DNA of 64,000 nt from Octopus vulgaris (lineage: Eukaryota). Position 1 is the first letter of the stretch. Every line of letters starts with the position of its first letter. Below are positions 41,401 through 50,940 of the stretch, in pieces. The stretch spans positions 144,646,001 through 144,710,000 of the forward strand of contig OX597814.1 of assembly GCA_951406725.2 (NCBI GenBank), read 5' to 3'. The notes under the pieces were generated by a model. It saw only the letters and a list, made by a program, of their open reading frames with translations. It searched no databases and was not told where the DNA came from. Position numbers and translations under genes: made by a program.

Positions 41401-42098
41401 TGAATGCACGTATTTGCAGTTTTATTGTTTGCTTCTTTACAAAACTGAATGTTACCAATACAGTTTTTAGTCGTATTTAGAGCTAGGCGTACATCAGAAA
41501 AATATAAGGAAACAAAGCTTTAATTTCCTGCGAAAGGTGCATAAGCAAGGCTGATCATAATTACAAGCTTTTGAACATGCCTCTAGAAGGTTCGCATTGT
41601 ATCACTGTCAGGACGTTTGTCTCGACGAATTTAAGAAAATGACGGGGACGCAGACAAACATACATATATTCACAATTATTTTTTTAATGCCTAACACTCT
41701 ATTACATAGAGTTTCGCACCCCTGTTCAGACTGGAGACCATGCCGGGGACGGCATCTTCTGACAGTTACTTCCTCCAGCGGTCTTGAGCGGAGTTGATAG
41801 TACCATGGAACGTACAGGTTCTTTTAGCTCACATCGTAGCACTCTAACTCTTGTTCTCTCTCTCATATATACATAAGTGTATATATATATATAAACTTAT
41901 ATACTTACACAACTTCTATCGGCAAGATAGTAGAGGGGAAAAATTTTTTTTGTGTAGGAGTGGAAAGTAACTCACGTCCATTAATTTTAAAGGATGAATA
42001 AAAAGTACAAACAAGAGGATTACAACTATACTCACTTTATCAGGTATGCGTTTAGCAACACCTCTCTTCACCCAAGCAAGGCACGGAACGACACTCAT
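12167..42098 (-). CDS. PWP1: Periodic tryptophan protein 1 homolog (WD40 ribosome-biogenesis factor), complete, 15 exons, 543 aa
   Basis: Exons (5'->3') 42098-42036, 37520-37471, 36900-36653, 34763-34681, 32834-32738, 31119-31015, 29266-29145, 27950-27889, 25046-24950, 23031-22970, 21496-21382, 19631-19541, 17371-17250, 15072-14970, 12378-12167 total 1632 bp in frame. Motifs include [76 protein letters not shown] and [14 protein letters not shown]. Confidence 0.96.
14284..14792. mobile_element. Palindromic Penelope-pLTR-like element with a hammerhead-like motif in each arm
   Basis: Inverted arms of about 250 bp. Motif CTACA-CTGATAA-GGGG-CAACTA-CCCY-GAAAC-TA-GTC-TGTAG at 14475-14435 (-), with a degenerate mirror at 14616-14656 (+). 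Confidence 0.65.
14970..15072 (-). CDS. PWP1: PWP1 exon 14 ([26 protein letters not shown])
   Basis: ttacag|...|gtaagg. Confidence 0.94.
15375..15766 (+). mobile_element. Non-autonomous Helitron (family A)
   Basis: 5' TC..TATATATAAA; 3' hairpin CCCGAGCAACGCCAGG followed by CTAG|T. A second copy is at 53110-53497 (-). Confidence 0.8.
15779..16642 (-). mobile_element. Non-autonomous Helitron (family B), tandem/nested copies
   Basis: Same 3' end (CCCGAGCAACGCCGG..CTAG). The 5' part of about 200 bp is present twice (about 15917-16126 and 16424-16642). Another copy is at 31154-31543. Confidence 0.75.
17250..17371 (-). CDS. PWP1: PWP1 exon 13 (GLVLSS...[11 protein letters not shown]...)
   Basis: gtccag|...|gtaagt. 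Confidence 0.94.
17480..17931 (+). mobile_element. SINE family 3 ((GAT)n tail, RTE-type 3' end) with internal 34-bp tandem repeat
   Basis: GTGGTTGG..AGGAAGGGCATCCAGCC..CCCATGCYAGCATGGAAA..GTTAAA(TGA)n; unit ggtggcacttaaaaagcaccaacagatcgtggcc about 3 times at 17627-17730. Many other copies, e.g. 1-136, 10950-11203, 24230-24512 (-). Confidence 0.75.
18878..19265 (+). mobile_element. SINE family 1 copy
   Basis: Full-length homolog of 43221-43616. Confidence 0.85.
19541..19631 (-). CDS. PWP1: PWP1 exon 12 ([14 protein letters not shown]...SAHTAAVS)
   Basis: ctgtag|...|gtaagt. Confidence 0.94.
21382..21496 (-). CDS. PWP1: PWP1 exon 11 (TVRLFDCR...[10 protein letters not shown]..)
   Basis: caacag|...|gtaagt. 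Confidence 0.94.
22170..22492 (-). mobile_element. tRNA-derived SINE (family 4)
   Basis: Head GAAGGCGCATGGCTCAGTGGTTAGAGC..; TGTGTTCTTGAGCAAGACACTTTATTTCAC core shared with 62620-62925. Confidence 0.7.
22970..23031 (-). CDS. PWP1: PWP1 exon 10 ([20 protein letters not shown])
   Basis: ttatag|...|gtaagc. Confidence 0.94.
24056..24191. mobile_element. Short fold-back element with CpG-decayed hammerhead-like motif
   Basis: Inverted arms ttttattaaagctgcgaaaatatcgcaaaaactgtta / taacagcttttgtgatgtttttgcagcttaataaaa. Minus strand 24128-24091 reads CTGT-CCAACAA-ACAGGAACGT-GAAACTCTGAGTA-ACAG. Confidence 0.5.
24950..25046 (-). CDS. PWP1: PWP1 exon 9 ([17 protein letters not shown]...HEEK)
   Basis: ttccag|...|gtagga. 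Confidence 0.94.
25364..25772 (-). mobile_element. SINE family 2 dimer inserted in a family 3 SINE
   Basis: 19-bp TSD CTGTYGTGACATGGTTTCT at 25345-25363 and 25773-25791. Confidence 0.85.
26828..27666. mobile_element. hAT-type MITE with nested insertions
   Basis: TIRs CAGTGGCTCTCAAC / GTTCGAGAACCATTG; perfect 8-bp TSD CTCTACAT at 26820-26827 and 27667-27674. Confidence 0.8.
27889..27950 (-). CDS. PWP1: PWP1 exon 8 ([20 protein letters not shown])
   Basis: ttccag|...|gtctgt. Confidence 0.93.
28081..28584 (+). mobile_element. 5'-truncated RTE-clade LINE
   Basis: [27 protein letters not shown] relic, (TAAG)n tail, TSD TAAATCTAAAA at 28070-28080 and 28585-28595. Confidence 0.85.
29145..29266 (-). 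CDS. PWP1: PWP1 exon 7 ([19 protein letters not shown]...KKSKK)
   Basis: tgtcag|...|gtatgt. Confidence 0.95.
29351..29531 (-). repeat. Inverted duplication of 35336-35493
   Basis: Reverse-complement match with one indel of about 23 bp. Confidence 0.92.
29529..29823 (+). repeat. 295-bp direct duplication of 33272-33566
   Basis: Near-identical (two substitutions seen by eye). Confidence 0.95.
30050..30476. mobile_element. Palindromic Penelope-pLTR-like element with hammerhead motif and AATAAA in each arm
   Basis: Inverted arms of about 200 bp. Motif CAC-CTGAAGA-GTCTTC...GAAGAY-GAAAC-AATT-GTT-GTG-AC-AATAAA. Confidence 0.7.
30093..30180 (-). ncRNA. Type I hammerhead ribozyme-like motif (core intact)
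   Basis: CUGAAGA / GAAA / GUU core, stem I CAC:GUG, stem II GUCUUC:GAAGAU extended by UGCACUG:CAGUGCA, palindromic stem III ACAAUUGU. Confidence 0.55.
31015..31119 (-). CDS. PWP1: PWP1 exon 6 (..[23 protein letters not shown]..)
   Basis: ttccag|...|gttagt. Confidence 0.95.
31154..31543 (-). mobile_element. Non-autonomous Helitron (family B)
   Basis: TCTATATATATAAAA 5' end and hairpin+CTAG 3' end; homologous to 15779-16126. Confidence 0.8.
32738..32834 (-). CDS. PWP1: PWP1 exon 5 ([19 protein letters not shown]...LEVY)
   Basis: tttaag|...|gtaatt. Confidence 0.92.
33898..34148. repeat. 250-bp near-perfect palindrome (fold-back/MITE-like)
   Basis: Arms tgttgtgtcga...taacagtgg / ccactgtta...tcgacacaaca, about 117 bp each, with a loop of about 15 nt. 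Confidence 0.85.
34681..34763 (-). CDS. PWP1: PWP1 exon 4 ([22 protein letters not shown]...)
   Basis: tgatag|...|gttagt. Confidence 0.9.
36653..36900 (-). CDS. PWP1: PWP1 exon 3 (acidic region ...YGLEDYDDE)
   Basis: ttgtag|...|gtcaga. Confidence 0.9.
37471..37520 (-). CDS. PWP1: PWP1 exon 2 ([16 protein letters not shown])
   Basis: tcttag|...|gtaagt. Confidence 0.9.
37705..37922. mobile_element. piggyBac-type (TTAA) MITE
   Basis: TTAA|CCCTTTAG...CTAAAGGG|TTAA. Related copies at about 1210-1415, 8250-8445, 13500-13672 and 36095-36320. Confidence 0.7.
38166..39605 (+). mobile_element. Decayed Tc1/mariner DNA transposon
   Basis: TIRs CA(T/C)TGAACTGCAAAAGAAACA flanked by TA. Transposase relics: HTH-like [21 protein letters not shown] (38927-39133) and [14 protein letters not shown] (about 39196-39243). 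The central DDE region is deleted. Confidence 0.88.
42036..42098 (-). CDS. PWP1: PWP1 exon 1 ([21 protein letters not shown])
   Basis: ATG at 42098, donor gtgagt. Confidence 0.92.
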
Positions 42099-42099
42099 A

Positions 42100-42840
42100 G
42101 TAGAAACGCAATTTTGAAAAATATTTTTCAGTGTTGACGATCTACCACGTGTAGTTAGGAGCAGGATGAAAGGTAAAGACAGCAATACGCATGCGTTGAG
42201 GAATCTTTAGAGTTACTTCCCTTGGTATATGGTCACGAGAGGTGAGAAGTACTTTGCGTCGTCACACTTCTGAGTTCGATTCTTCCCCGAGTGATTTTGG
42301 CATTTCTTACGCATAAGTAGATAAAACAAGTACTTAATGTTAACGAACAAGAACTATATGGATTGAACTAACCACGGAATCTCTACGAAATCATTTGGCC
42401 TTTTATAACCAGCCACTAAAATTTCCATATCTAACAGTCTTCCCTAAAAACAAACAAACAAAATCTATTCTGTAATGTAATTAGTTTCCCTTGTCGTAGA
42501 TTGTCTTTTGGGAATCTGAAATCAGCTGTCTCTTCATCGTGAACTTAAACTCATCTATTATAAGACGAATTGCAGAAATATAAACCAACGACCTTTGTTT
42601 GATTGGCGTTTTATTTAACAACCCTAAAAGTATGAAATGCAAAGTCGACTTCGGTGGGATTTGAACATAAGGCGTTCAGATGTAGAATAATTACTATAAG
42701 GCACACTATTATATGAGCTCGCAATTACGCTGATTAATCATTTGTATGACACAAAAAAAAAAAAAAAGACAGGAAAGAAAAAGTAGCGACAGCTTAAATT
42801 CAGGGGAAGCTACTCTATAACGAGTTACCTCCCTTGAAAA
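42100..42840 (-). promoter_or_regulatory. PWP1 promoter region
   Basis: Immediately upstream of the ATG and locally CpG-rich. Contains palindrome ACGCATGCGT (42187-42196, NRF1/Ewg-like) and repeated GAGTTACYTCCCTTG motifs. Confidence 0.55.
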
Positions 42841-43220
42841 TATTCAAACTCCTTGATAAGCAACTGGTGAATCTAATTACTGTTAGCTCTTGTGATTAAA
42901 CGACCGACAGCATTCTGCCGCCGATGTTGAAAATAATTTTCCAGGAATATCTGAAAATACTGCTAGCCCTTGCTGTAACCTCCAGTTCAAGTCTATCTTT
43001 ACAAATGCGTTAAAATCTAACTGATCCTTGCCTCTCTATCTGCAAACAACTTTGTATTTAAATACCAGACTGGTAACTACTTTTATCTTGCAAGCTGATT
43101 GTTGTTGCTTAACTCTGCGCCAATCCTAATACAATCTGTAGAAAAGCATTCCAACCATGATCAATACGTCCATTTTCTATGCTGGTATATTCAGGATAAC
43201 ATTATATAATTACTCTCTCT

Positions 43221-43616
43221 CTCTTTTACTCTTTTACTTGTTTCAGTCATTTGACTGCGGCCATGCTGGAGCACCGCCTTTAATCGAGCAAATCGACCCC
43301 AGGACTTATTCTTTGGAAGCCTAGTACTTATTCTATCGATCTCTTTCGCCGAACCGCTAAGTTACGGGGACGTAAACACACCAGCATCGGTTGTCAAGCG
43401 ATGGTGGGGGGACAAACACAGACACACTAATACACACACACACATATATATATACGACGGGCTTCTTTCAGTTTCCGTCTACCAAATCCACTCACAAGGC
43501 TTTGGTCGGCCCGAGGCTATAGCAGAAGACACCTCTCAAGGTGCCACGCAGTGGGACTGGACCCGGAACCATGTGGTTAGTTAGCAAGCTACTTACCACA
43601 CAACCACTCCTACGCC
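43221..43616 (-). mobile_element. tRNA-derived SINE family 1 (well-preserved copy)
   Basis: Head GGCGTAGGAGTGG..GTGGTAAG (A box) and GGTYCAGTCCC (B box), internal (CA/TA)n, AAGTAAAAG tail. Copies at about 1615-2030, 5825-6230, 18878-19265(+), 27010-27605, 38210-38621, 49185-49545 and 58475-58848. Confidence 0.85.
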
Positions 43617-45047
43617 TATTGTTACTTCTTTTTTTTTAAAAAAGAGTTCCGTCTGGTATAAGAAGAATTTGGTTAGTATTTCTAGTAGATTAGATTAACG
43701 GAGTAGATGCTGTATGTATGTATGTATGTATGTATGTATGTATGCATGCATGCGTATATAAGAGAATGAGAGCGGGAGAAAGGGAATAAGAGCTCTTGGT
43801 GGAGCTTGGGGGATACCGAAATATGGTCACTATAATTATGATTGACAAAAAACAACGCCCCGCCAAAAAAACAAAACAAAATAAAAACAAAACAAAGAAC
43901 AACCAAATAAACAACAAAGACATAACAAAACCGTTTTGAGGTATTGCCCCAGTATTGTGGCTGAAATCAGGAAATAAGAGAAAGAGTGAGTTACTTTCTG
44001 CAGGAAGCAGGAGTGTTTTGAGACGATGAAGTTGAGGCGATTGGAAGGATCTTGTCAAAAGATTTCATAAGGGACCTCTCTGGAAGTAGAGATAAAGGTT
44101 ACCAGGTTGATATAATAAATATGGTGTCGGGCATTAATTTCTTATCGTATTTATTTACTCCTCTTTATGATTTGAGTTGTTTTTCTTTGAAGGTTTAACT
44201 TTGTAACTTTGTCTTTTCTCTTTCTGGATCAATAAAAAAAAAGGACTAAATCAGGCATTGAGTTGCTCAATTTGATCGATTCTAGCTACCTTTCGAACCC
44301 AAATTATATTTCGTTCAACCATCATCGATGAATAGCTGGATGAAAGCCTCGACATCCCATTAATGGCTTCTCTATCATGGTTGTAGTGAAGGTACGTGGC
44401 TTAGTAGTTAAAGTGTTCGGGTTATGATCGAAGGTCGTGGATTCAATTCTCGGACCAGGCAGTGCGTGTTGTTCTTGAAGAAGGCCCTTAATTTTGCGTT
44501 GTTCTTATGTGCTCAACCTCCAAACGAGCACCAGTCATTTACAAGCGCAATCCTCTCTTATTTCAGTGGTCACATCCTGGATGTTTCACCGTATGAAGAG
44601 AGAGTTAAGAGGGTATCTAGCTCTACCCGTGACTACACAGACACCTAAAACAACTAGCGAAAGCATGGTACATGTTATTAAACCACGCTCTTTTGCGATT
44701 GATGGCCAGCTGTACAGTAATTTATGCTGGTTGTAGTCCTACCTGTCCACACTGGTCGATTTTGTGTGGAATGAGATACCCCTGTGACTGACCTGGGCAA
44801 TGGTATCTCGTCGGAATTTGAACCCAGAACTCCGATGACATTTATTCCAACGTTCTCATTATTCCACCAATTCGTTGCTTCCTGGATTGCAATTACATTT
44901 CTCGGTCCCAAAAGCATGCAAAGCAATGTTGATCTCGGCATGATGTGAACTTAAAGCGAAGAGATCCAACATATATACTGCAAGAAATTCTACCCACTGT
45001 TCAAACAACCCTGCTAATTTATTATGTGATTACGACAGAAGTTCTTA

Positions 45048-45980
45048 TCTCTCTATATATAAAATTCTTTGTCTGTCTGTCTGTCTGTTTCCTATGCATT
45101 CTCAAACGGCTCCACCAAATCAAATCAAATTTTACAAGGTAATACTATTACATTCCACGAGTGTCAACTAGTAATTTTTATTTCCGTTTGGATTAAAACA
45201 ACATAACATTTTCTTGAAAATAATCTTTCTATAGTCAACTGACATTTTATACCACGACGACAATGACGACACATTTTGTACATGTGTGTGTATGTGCTTG
45301 CATGTTCGTTACGTATGAGATAGTAAAGGATATTTCTACGACGACGACGACATTTTGTATACGAGTGTGTATGTGTCTGTCAGTGTGTGTGTGTGTGTGT
45401 GTTTGTGCGTTCGTTACGTACGACATAGTAAAGAACATTTTATGCCGCTGCCGCCGCCGCCGCCACCACCACCACCACCATCTCACCTGTGTAATGGAAC
45501 TCGCTTAATTGTTACTTCCATAAAGCCCCATGTCCTACAGGCAACTATCATAAAATCAGAAAATGTCTTTATTCCAGAATTTCGTTTCATACCATTTGAA
45601 TTTAAGAGGCTTCAGTTTCCAGTCAAACTAAATTTTGGTATTTCAATTAATAAATCTCAGGGTCAGTCCCTCAAGGTAGTAAGACTTCATCTCTCTACTA
45701 CATGCTTTTCCCACGGCCAACTCTATGTTGGTTGCTCACAAGTTGGAAGTAGCAACAATTTATTCATTTGGACACCAACAAAAAATTACACAATGAATAT
45801 TGTTTACCCTGAGGTGTTTCAAGACTGACAGATTTTCAATTCCAAATTCTATTATCATTATAATTTGGTTATTTCAAAATAAAATATACATATTTGGAAA
45901 TAATATATCGTTATTTTTATTGTTCATTAATCTGAATAAGAAGAGTATTAACCCGAGCAACGCCGGGTAATTCAGTCAGT
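45048..45980 (+). mobile_element. Internally deleted Helitron retaining C-terminal PIF1-like helicase fragment
   Basis: 5' TCTCTCTATATATAAAA + (GTCT)n. ORF part LCNGTRL...RLQFPVKLNFGISINKSQGQSL...CFSHGQLYVGCSQV...NIVYPEV (about 45486-45828) matches RepHel helicase C-terminal motifs. 3' CCCGAGCAACGCCGGG hairpin at 45951-45967. Confidence 0.88.
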
Positions 45981-46579
45981 TTACTCTAAAGATGCTAACG
46001 AATGCATTTATATTTTATTTCTTGTAGAGCAGTAAGTAGCTGAATAGATAGAGAGGTAGGAAAAAGGACAATGAAATAAATAGTGACGTCACACTTTATA
46101 CTGTGAGTTCAAATCATGCCAGGATCAACTGTCTCTCTCTCAGTTTTCCGGATTCCTTACTTTTTATCTTTTTTTATTATTATTACTCGTTTCTGTCACT
46201 AGACAGCGGCCATGTTGAGGCAATGCCTCGAAGGGTTTAATCGAGCAAATCGATCCCAGTTCAAATCTTTTTGAAAGTCTGGCCCTTAGTCTATCGGTCT
46301 CTTTTGTCGAGCCGCTATGTTACTTGGGCGTAAACAAACCGATAGTGGTTGTTAAGCAATATGCGCGCGCACACACACACACATGTATATACCACAGGCT
46401 TCTACGGAATTTCGTCAACCAAATTCCTTCACAAGGCTTTGGTCAACCCAGAGCTATAATAGAAGACATCTGCCCTCGTGGTTTCATATTCAGTCACATT
46501 ACGTGGTACCATAGGCAGGCGTCTTTTACTATAGCCCTGGGCCGACAAAAGCCATTATCAGGTACGGCTGTGTGCTATT

Positions 46580-46880
46580 TGAAACAACAATACACCTCAT
46601 CTGAATGTGTGGTCCTGTGGCAGAGTATGAAACCAGTTTTTCATCAGAGATGTGTCTGAAACAGATACATGTTTGTCATATGAAATTCAAAAAGGTGCCC
46701 AAGGCTTGTTGTTGGAAAGTTAGTTGCCAGACGTCTGAGCTTCAATGTATCCATGTCCAGCGAAGCAAGACGTTCAGAATATGATAGATGTCTGACGGCG
46801 GGTATTCATTTTGTTGCACGTTTCTGAACAGTTTCCAGGAGATTTATATGCTGAGCAAGATAGGGGTTCCAGATGTTGAT
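46580..46880 (-). mobile_element. CR1-like LINE fragment
   Basis: Minus-strand WNPYLAQHINLLETVQKRATK*IP..LSYSERLASL..LKLRRL. Confidence 0.78.
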
Positions 46881-46950
46881 TTTTTATAACCTGGTTAGCC
46901 GTATTCGATCAGGCTTATAAACAAAAACTTTCCGGATGTGATCGTCCAGA

Positions 46951-47370
46951 AGGCGCGAGCTGGCAGAACCGTTAGCACGCCGGACGAAATGCTTAGCGGT
47001 ATTTCGTCTGCCGCTACGTTCTGAGTTCAAATTCCGCCGAGGTCAACTTTGCTTTTCATTCGTTCGGGGTTGATTAAATAAGTACCAGTTACGCACTGGA
47101 GTCGATATAATCGACTTAATCCGTTTGTCTGTCCTTGTTTGTCCTCTCTGTGTTTAGCACTTTGTGGGTAGTAAAGAAATAGGTATTTCGTCTGCCGCTA
47201 CGTTCTGAGTTCAAATTCCACCGAGGTCAACTTTACCTTTCATCCATTCGGGGTCGATAAATTGAGTACCAGTTACGCACTGGGGGGTCGATATAATCGA
47301 CTTAATCCGTTTGTCTGTCCTTGTGTGGACCCTCGGTGTGTAGCACCTTGTGGGCAGTAAAGAAATAAGA
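46951..47370 (+). mobile_element. SINE family 2 dimeric copy
   Basis: Head plus two units of about 184 bp. Confidence 0.85.
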
Positions 47371-47631
47371 AGCGATTGTCCAATCTTTTAAAGCAAAATA
47401 TATCTCAGACGATACTATACAATGTCATTCATCGTTTATATTTTGCTTGTTTCAGTCATTGGACGATGTCCATGCTGGAGCATCGCGTTGAGGTGTTTAG
47501 TCGAACAAATCAATTTCACTACTTAGTTTGGTACTTATCCTATCATTCTCTCACGCTGATCGCTAAGTTCTGGGACGTAAACAAGCCAACGTCAGTTGTC
47601 AAGCGGTGGTGCGGCGGTGAGAGACAAACAC

Positions 47632-47662
<31 letters not shown>

Positions 47663-48657
47663 ACACACACAACAGGTTTACAGTTTCTGTAAAGCCAAGT
47701 CCTACGCCGTGGGACCGAACCGAAATCACGTGGTTACGAAATGAGCTTCTTAAAAACGATGACACACTTACACCTTTTAAAGATTTGTAGCATGTCAAGC
47801 ACCCCCTATTTTCACTCAATATTATCGATAACATTCAATATAATAACTCTTTTTTTCATCAATTGTTTCTTTATACTTGGATATTATATAATCGTCAAGC
47901 TTAATGTCAGTAGCAATATCCTCGTTCATGAAAAATTATAAAAATCCTTGTATGGAACAGTGTGCTTCACAGTTCCAGCGATACAGTATTTAGCCGTTGT
48001 GCGCATGAACACATACCCGTGGAAAGAAGCTGCACGCTGGTTAGAAGGAGCACCGTCGCTCATGCAGTGCTGATCCTGTTGTCCGAGTGTAGGATAATGT
48101 TTATTTTTGACTCAGCATGTTTTGTGCTTGAAAACCGTGTACTATATTCTTGAATGTAATACACTGTAGATGATTTTCACGCTTCCAGCTATTCTATTTG
48201 ATTCATAATTGTTTCTTCTGTTGTTTTACTGTATAGAAAATTTTAATAATTTAACCATGACCTCCTTGCATCCCTAAGAAATAAGTTTTGTGACAGTAAG
48301 TGAACAATGGGCAAAAACCGAAAGCACAGACATTTAATGGTGCAAATGTCATGAAAGGCAAAACAGCAGGAGTTCAAGCAAAAATAATGCACATTTCATC
48401 CACTATTATGCACATCAACTAAATTTAATAATGAGTAATGCAGCAAATATTACACGGATGTCAAGTGGCCACATTGAAGCTTCCTTAGCGTTTAAAAGAA
48501 GTAATTACACAAATTATTGTTAGATTAATCTTGGTTTATCTCCAGCTGAGATCTGAACGAATAGACGCATAATTAAACTCCTTCGGGGATTAACTATCCT
48601 TCTATATTTCAAATAGTGTATCAGAATATGGTGCCCTTTCCTTGTTAAGTTTTTAAG

Positions 48658-49090
48658 ACTGCAAAGATACTTGGAGTTGTGAAAGGTATGCTGAGAAATA
48701 AAAGGTTGAGCGTGAAAGCGAAAAGAGGTGTGTATGAGGGCGTGATTGTGCCGACAATTATTTTTGGTGCAGAGACGTAGGGACTGAGAGAGTTGGAAAG
48801 GAGGCGACTAGATGTGTTTGAGATAAGATGTTTGGTGGCTATAGTTGGTGTGACACGGATGGGCAGGATGAGGAATGAGATAGTGCGAAGGTGAACAAGA
48901 ATGAGAGAAAAACTAACAAGAAAATGGACAGACGATTACTGAGGTGGTTTGGCCACATGGAGATGATGGATGAGGAGTGGATAGTAAGGAGGGTGCTGAA
49001 GGCAGAAGTGGTGGGCAGCAGAACCAGTGGTAGATCTCGGTTTGTGTGGATGGATGGAGTGTGTGTAAAGGATGCAAAAGGTTATTGGAG
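48658..49090 (+). mobile_element. RTE/BovB-like LINE RT C-terminal fragment
   Basis: KRLSVKAKRGVYEGVIVPTIIFGAET*..LDVFEIRCL..GVTR...RNE..LRWFGHM, with stops and frameshifts. Confidence 0.85.
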
Positions 49091-49965
49091 AAATATTTAG
49101 CTGCTGTTTCTAGTGGGTCTATCGACCAGCTTGAGTGATGGTTGCCGATGAAGGAGATGTTATATTTTTTGTATTTTCTTTTATCTTTTATTTGTTTGAG
49201 TCATTAGACTGCGGCCAAGCTGGGGCACCACTTTCAGCGAATTTTTTAGTCAAATAAATCGAACCCAGTACTTATATTTTGTGAAGCCTGGTACTTATTC
49301 ATCGGTCTCTTTTGCCGAACCGCTAAGTTAGGGGACATAAACACACCAACACGGGTTGTCAAGCTGTTGTGGTGGACAAAGACAAACACACACACACACA
49401 CTACGGTCTTCTTTTAGTTTCTGTCTACCAAATCCTCTCACAAAGCTTTAGTAGGCCCGGGGTTATAGCAGAAGACACATGTCCAATGTGCCACGCAGTG
49501 GGACTGAACCCGGAACCACATAGTTGGAAAGCAAGCTTATTCAAATCACACCGAGATCGACTATGCTTTCTATGTGTTTGAACATAAGATAAGAATCGTC
49601 TTTACCCAACTACTGTAAATTTACGTTTTCTTCTCACCTTTAACTTTTCTGTATTTTGACAAAGTATCACGGTCCGAAACGCCGAGGAGTTCTCTGTTTT
49701 TTCCTTACATTGTAAGAGTAGTTATCTTGCACACCAGTAGTTTTTGGTCGATTTTCTTTTGTTGAGGTTTATGAAATCATTTTTGGATTAATAAACGTGT
49801 ACGGTTCTTTACGCTCCGAGTTTAAATGCAGTTGGAGGTCGACTACACCTTTTATCCTTTCGGGATCGATAGATATAAGTACCAGTCAAGAAGTGGGGTC
49901 GATATAATCAACTCTCCCACCCTTCAAAAACTGCTGGTCTTGTGCCGAAACTTGAAGCTTCTGTT

Positions 49966-49971
49966 GCTACA

Positions 49972-50047
<76 letters not shown>

Positions 50048-50086
50048 TTACCACTACTACTACTACTACTGCTGCTGCTGCTGGTG

Positions 50087-50141
<55 letters not shown>

Positions 50142-50152
50142 GCTGCTGTTTG

Positions 50153-50228
<76 letters not shown>
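49966..50228. repeat. (CTA)n/(CTG)n trinucleotide microsatellite
   Basis: Seen directly. Confidence 0.98.
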
Positions 50229-50229
<1 letters not shown>

Positions 50230-50648
50230 TAAGCTTCGAACAAAATGCCTTGCAGTATTTAGTTGCGTCACTCTACGATCTGAGTTGAAATCCCGTGGAA
50301 GCCAGCTTTACCTTTCATCTTTTCGAGTTTGATAAAATACGGTGATCGATAGCATCAACTAACTCGCTCGCCCTAATTTGTGATCATGTACTTATGTTAG
50401 AGTACCACTATCATGTACAGGTTCGAGTGTCGGAACAAATTTCTGGCAATATTTATTCGTTCTTTTAAATATTGAATTCGAATCAGGCCACGAAAGACTT
50501 CACTTATCAGATATTTCTCATTCCGGGGACTCAGATAACTTGCAGATAACTTTTATAAAGTAAAGAGAAATGCATCAAGTTACATCCTACCACACACATG
50601 AATGTATGTACATATAGGTGAGTGTGTATGTACGCGCGCATGTGTAAG

Positions 50649-50651
<3 letters not shown>

Positions 50652-50729
<78 letters not shown>
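50652..50729. repeat. (AG)n microsatellite
   Basis: Seen directly. Confidence 0.98.
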
Positions 50730-50732
<3 letters not shown>

Positions 50733-50864
50733 GGAAAGTTCGTATACAAGATTGCGAGAAAGCCGTGTGAACTCTTTGAAGCAACTTGGAGTCTCAGTTC
50801 ACGTGATTGTTCGTCCTGCTAGAAATGCTAGCTAAATCTATCATGTGTTTCATTTTTCTTATTA

Positions 50865-50866
<2 letters not shown>

Positions 50867-50932
<66 letters not shown>

Positions 50933-50940
50933 ACACATAC
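50867..50940. repeat. (CA)n microsatellite
   Basis: Seen directly. Confidence 0.98.

Noticed and set aside
45355-45828. Host PIF1 helicase gene
   Set aside because: It is a fragment only and is bounded by Helitron termini.
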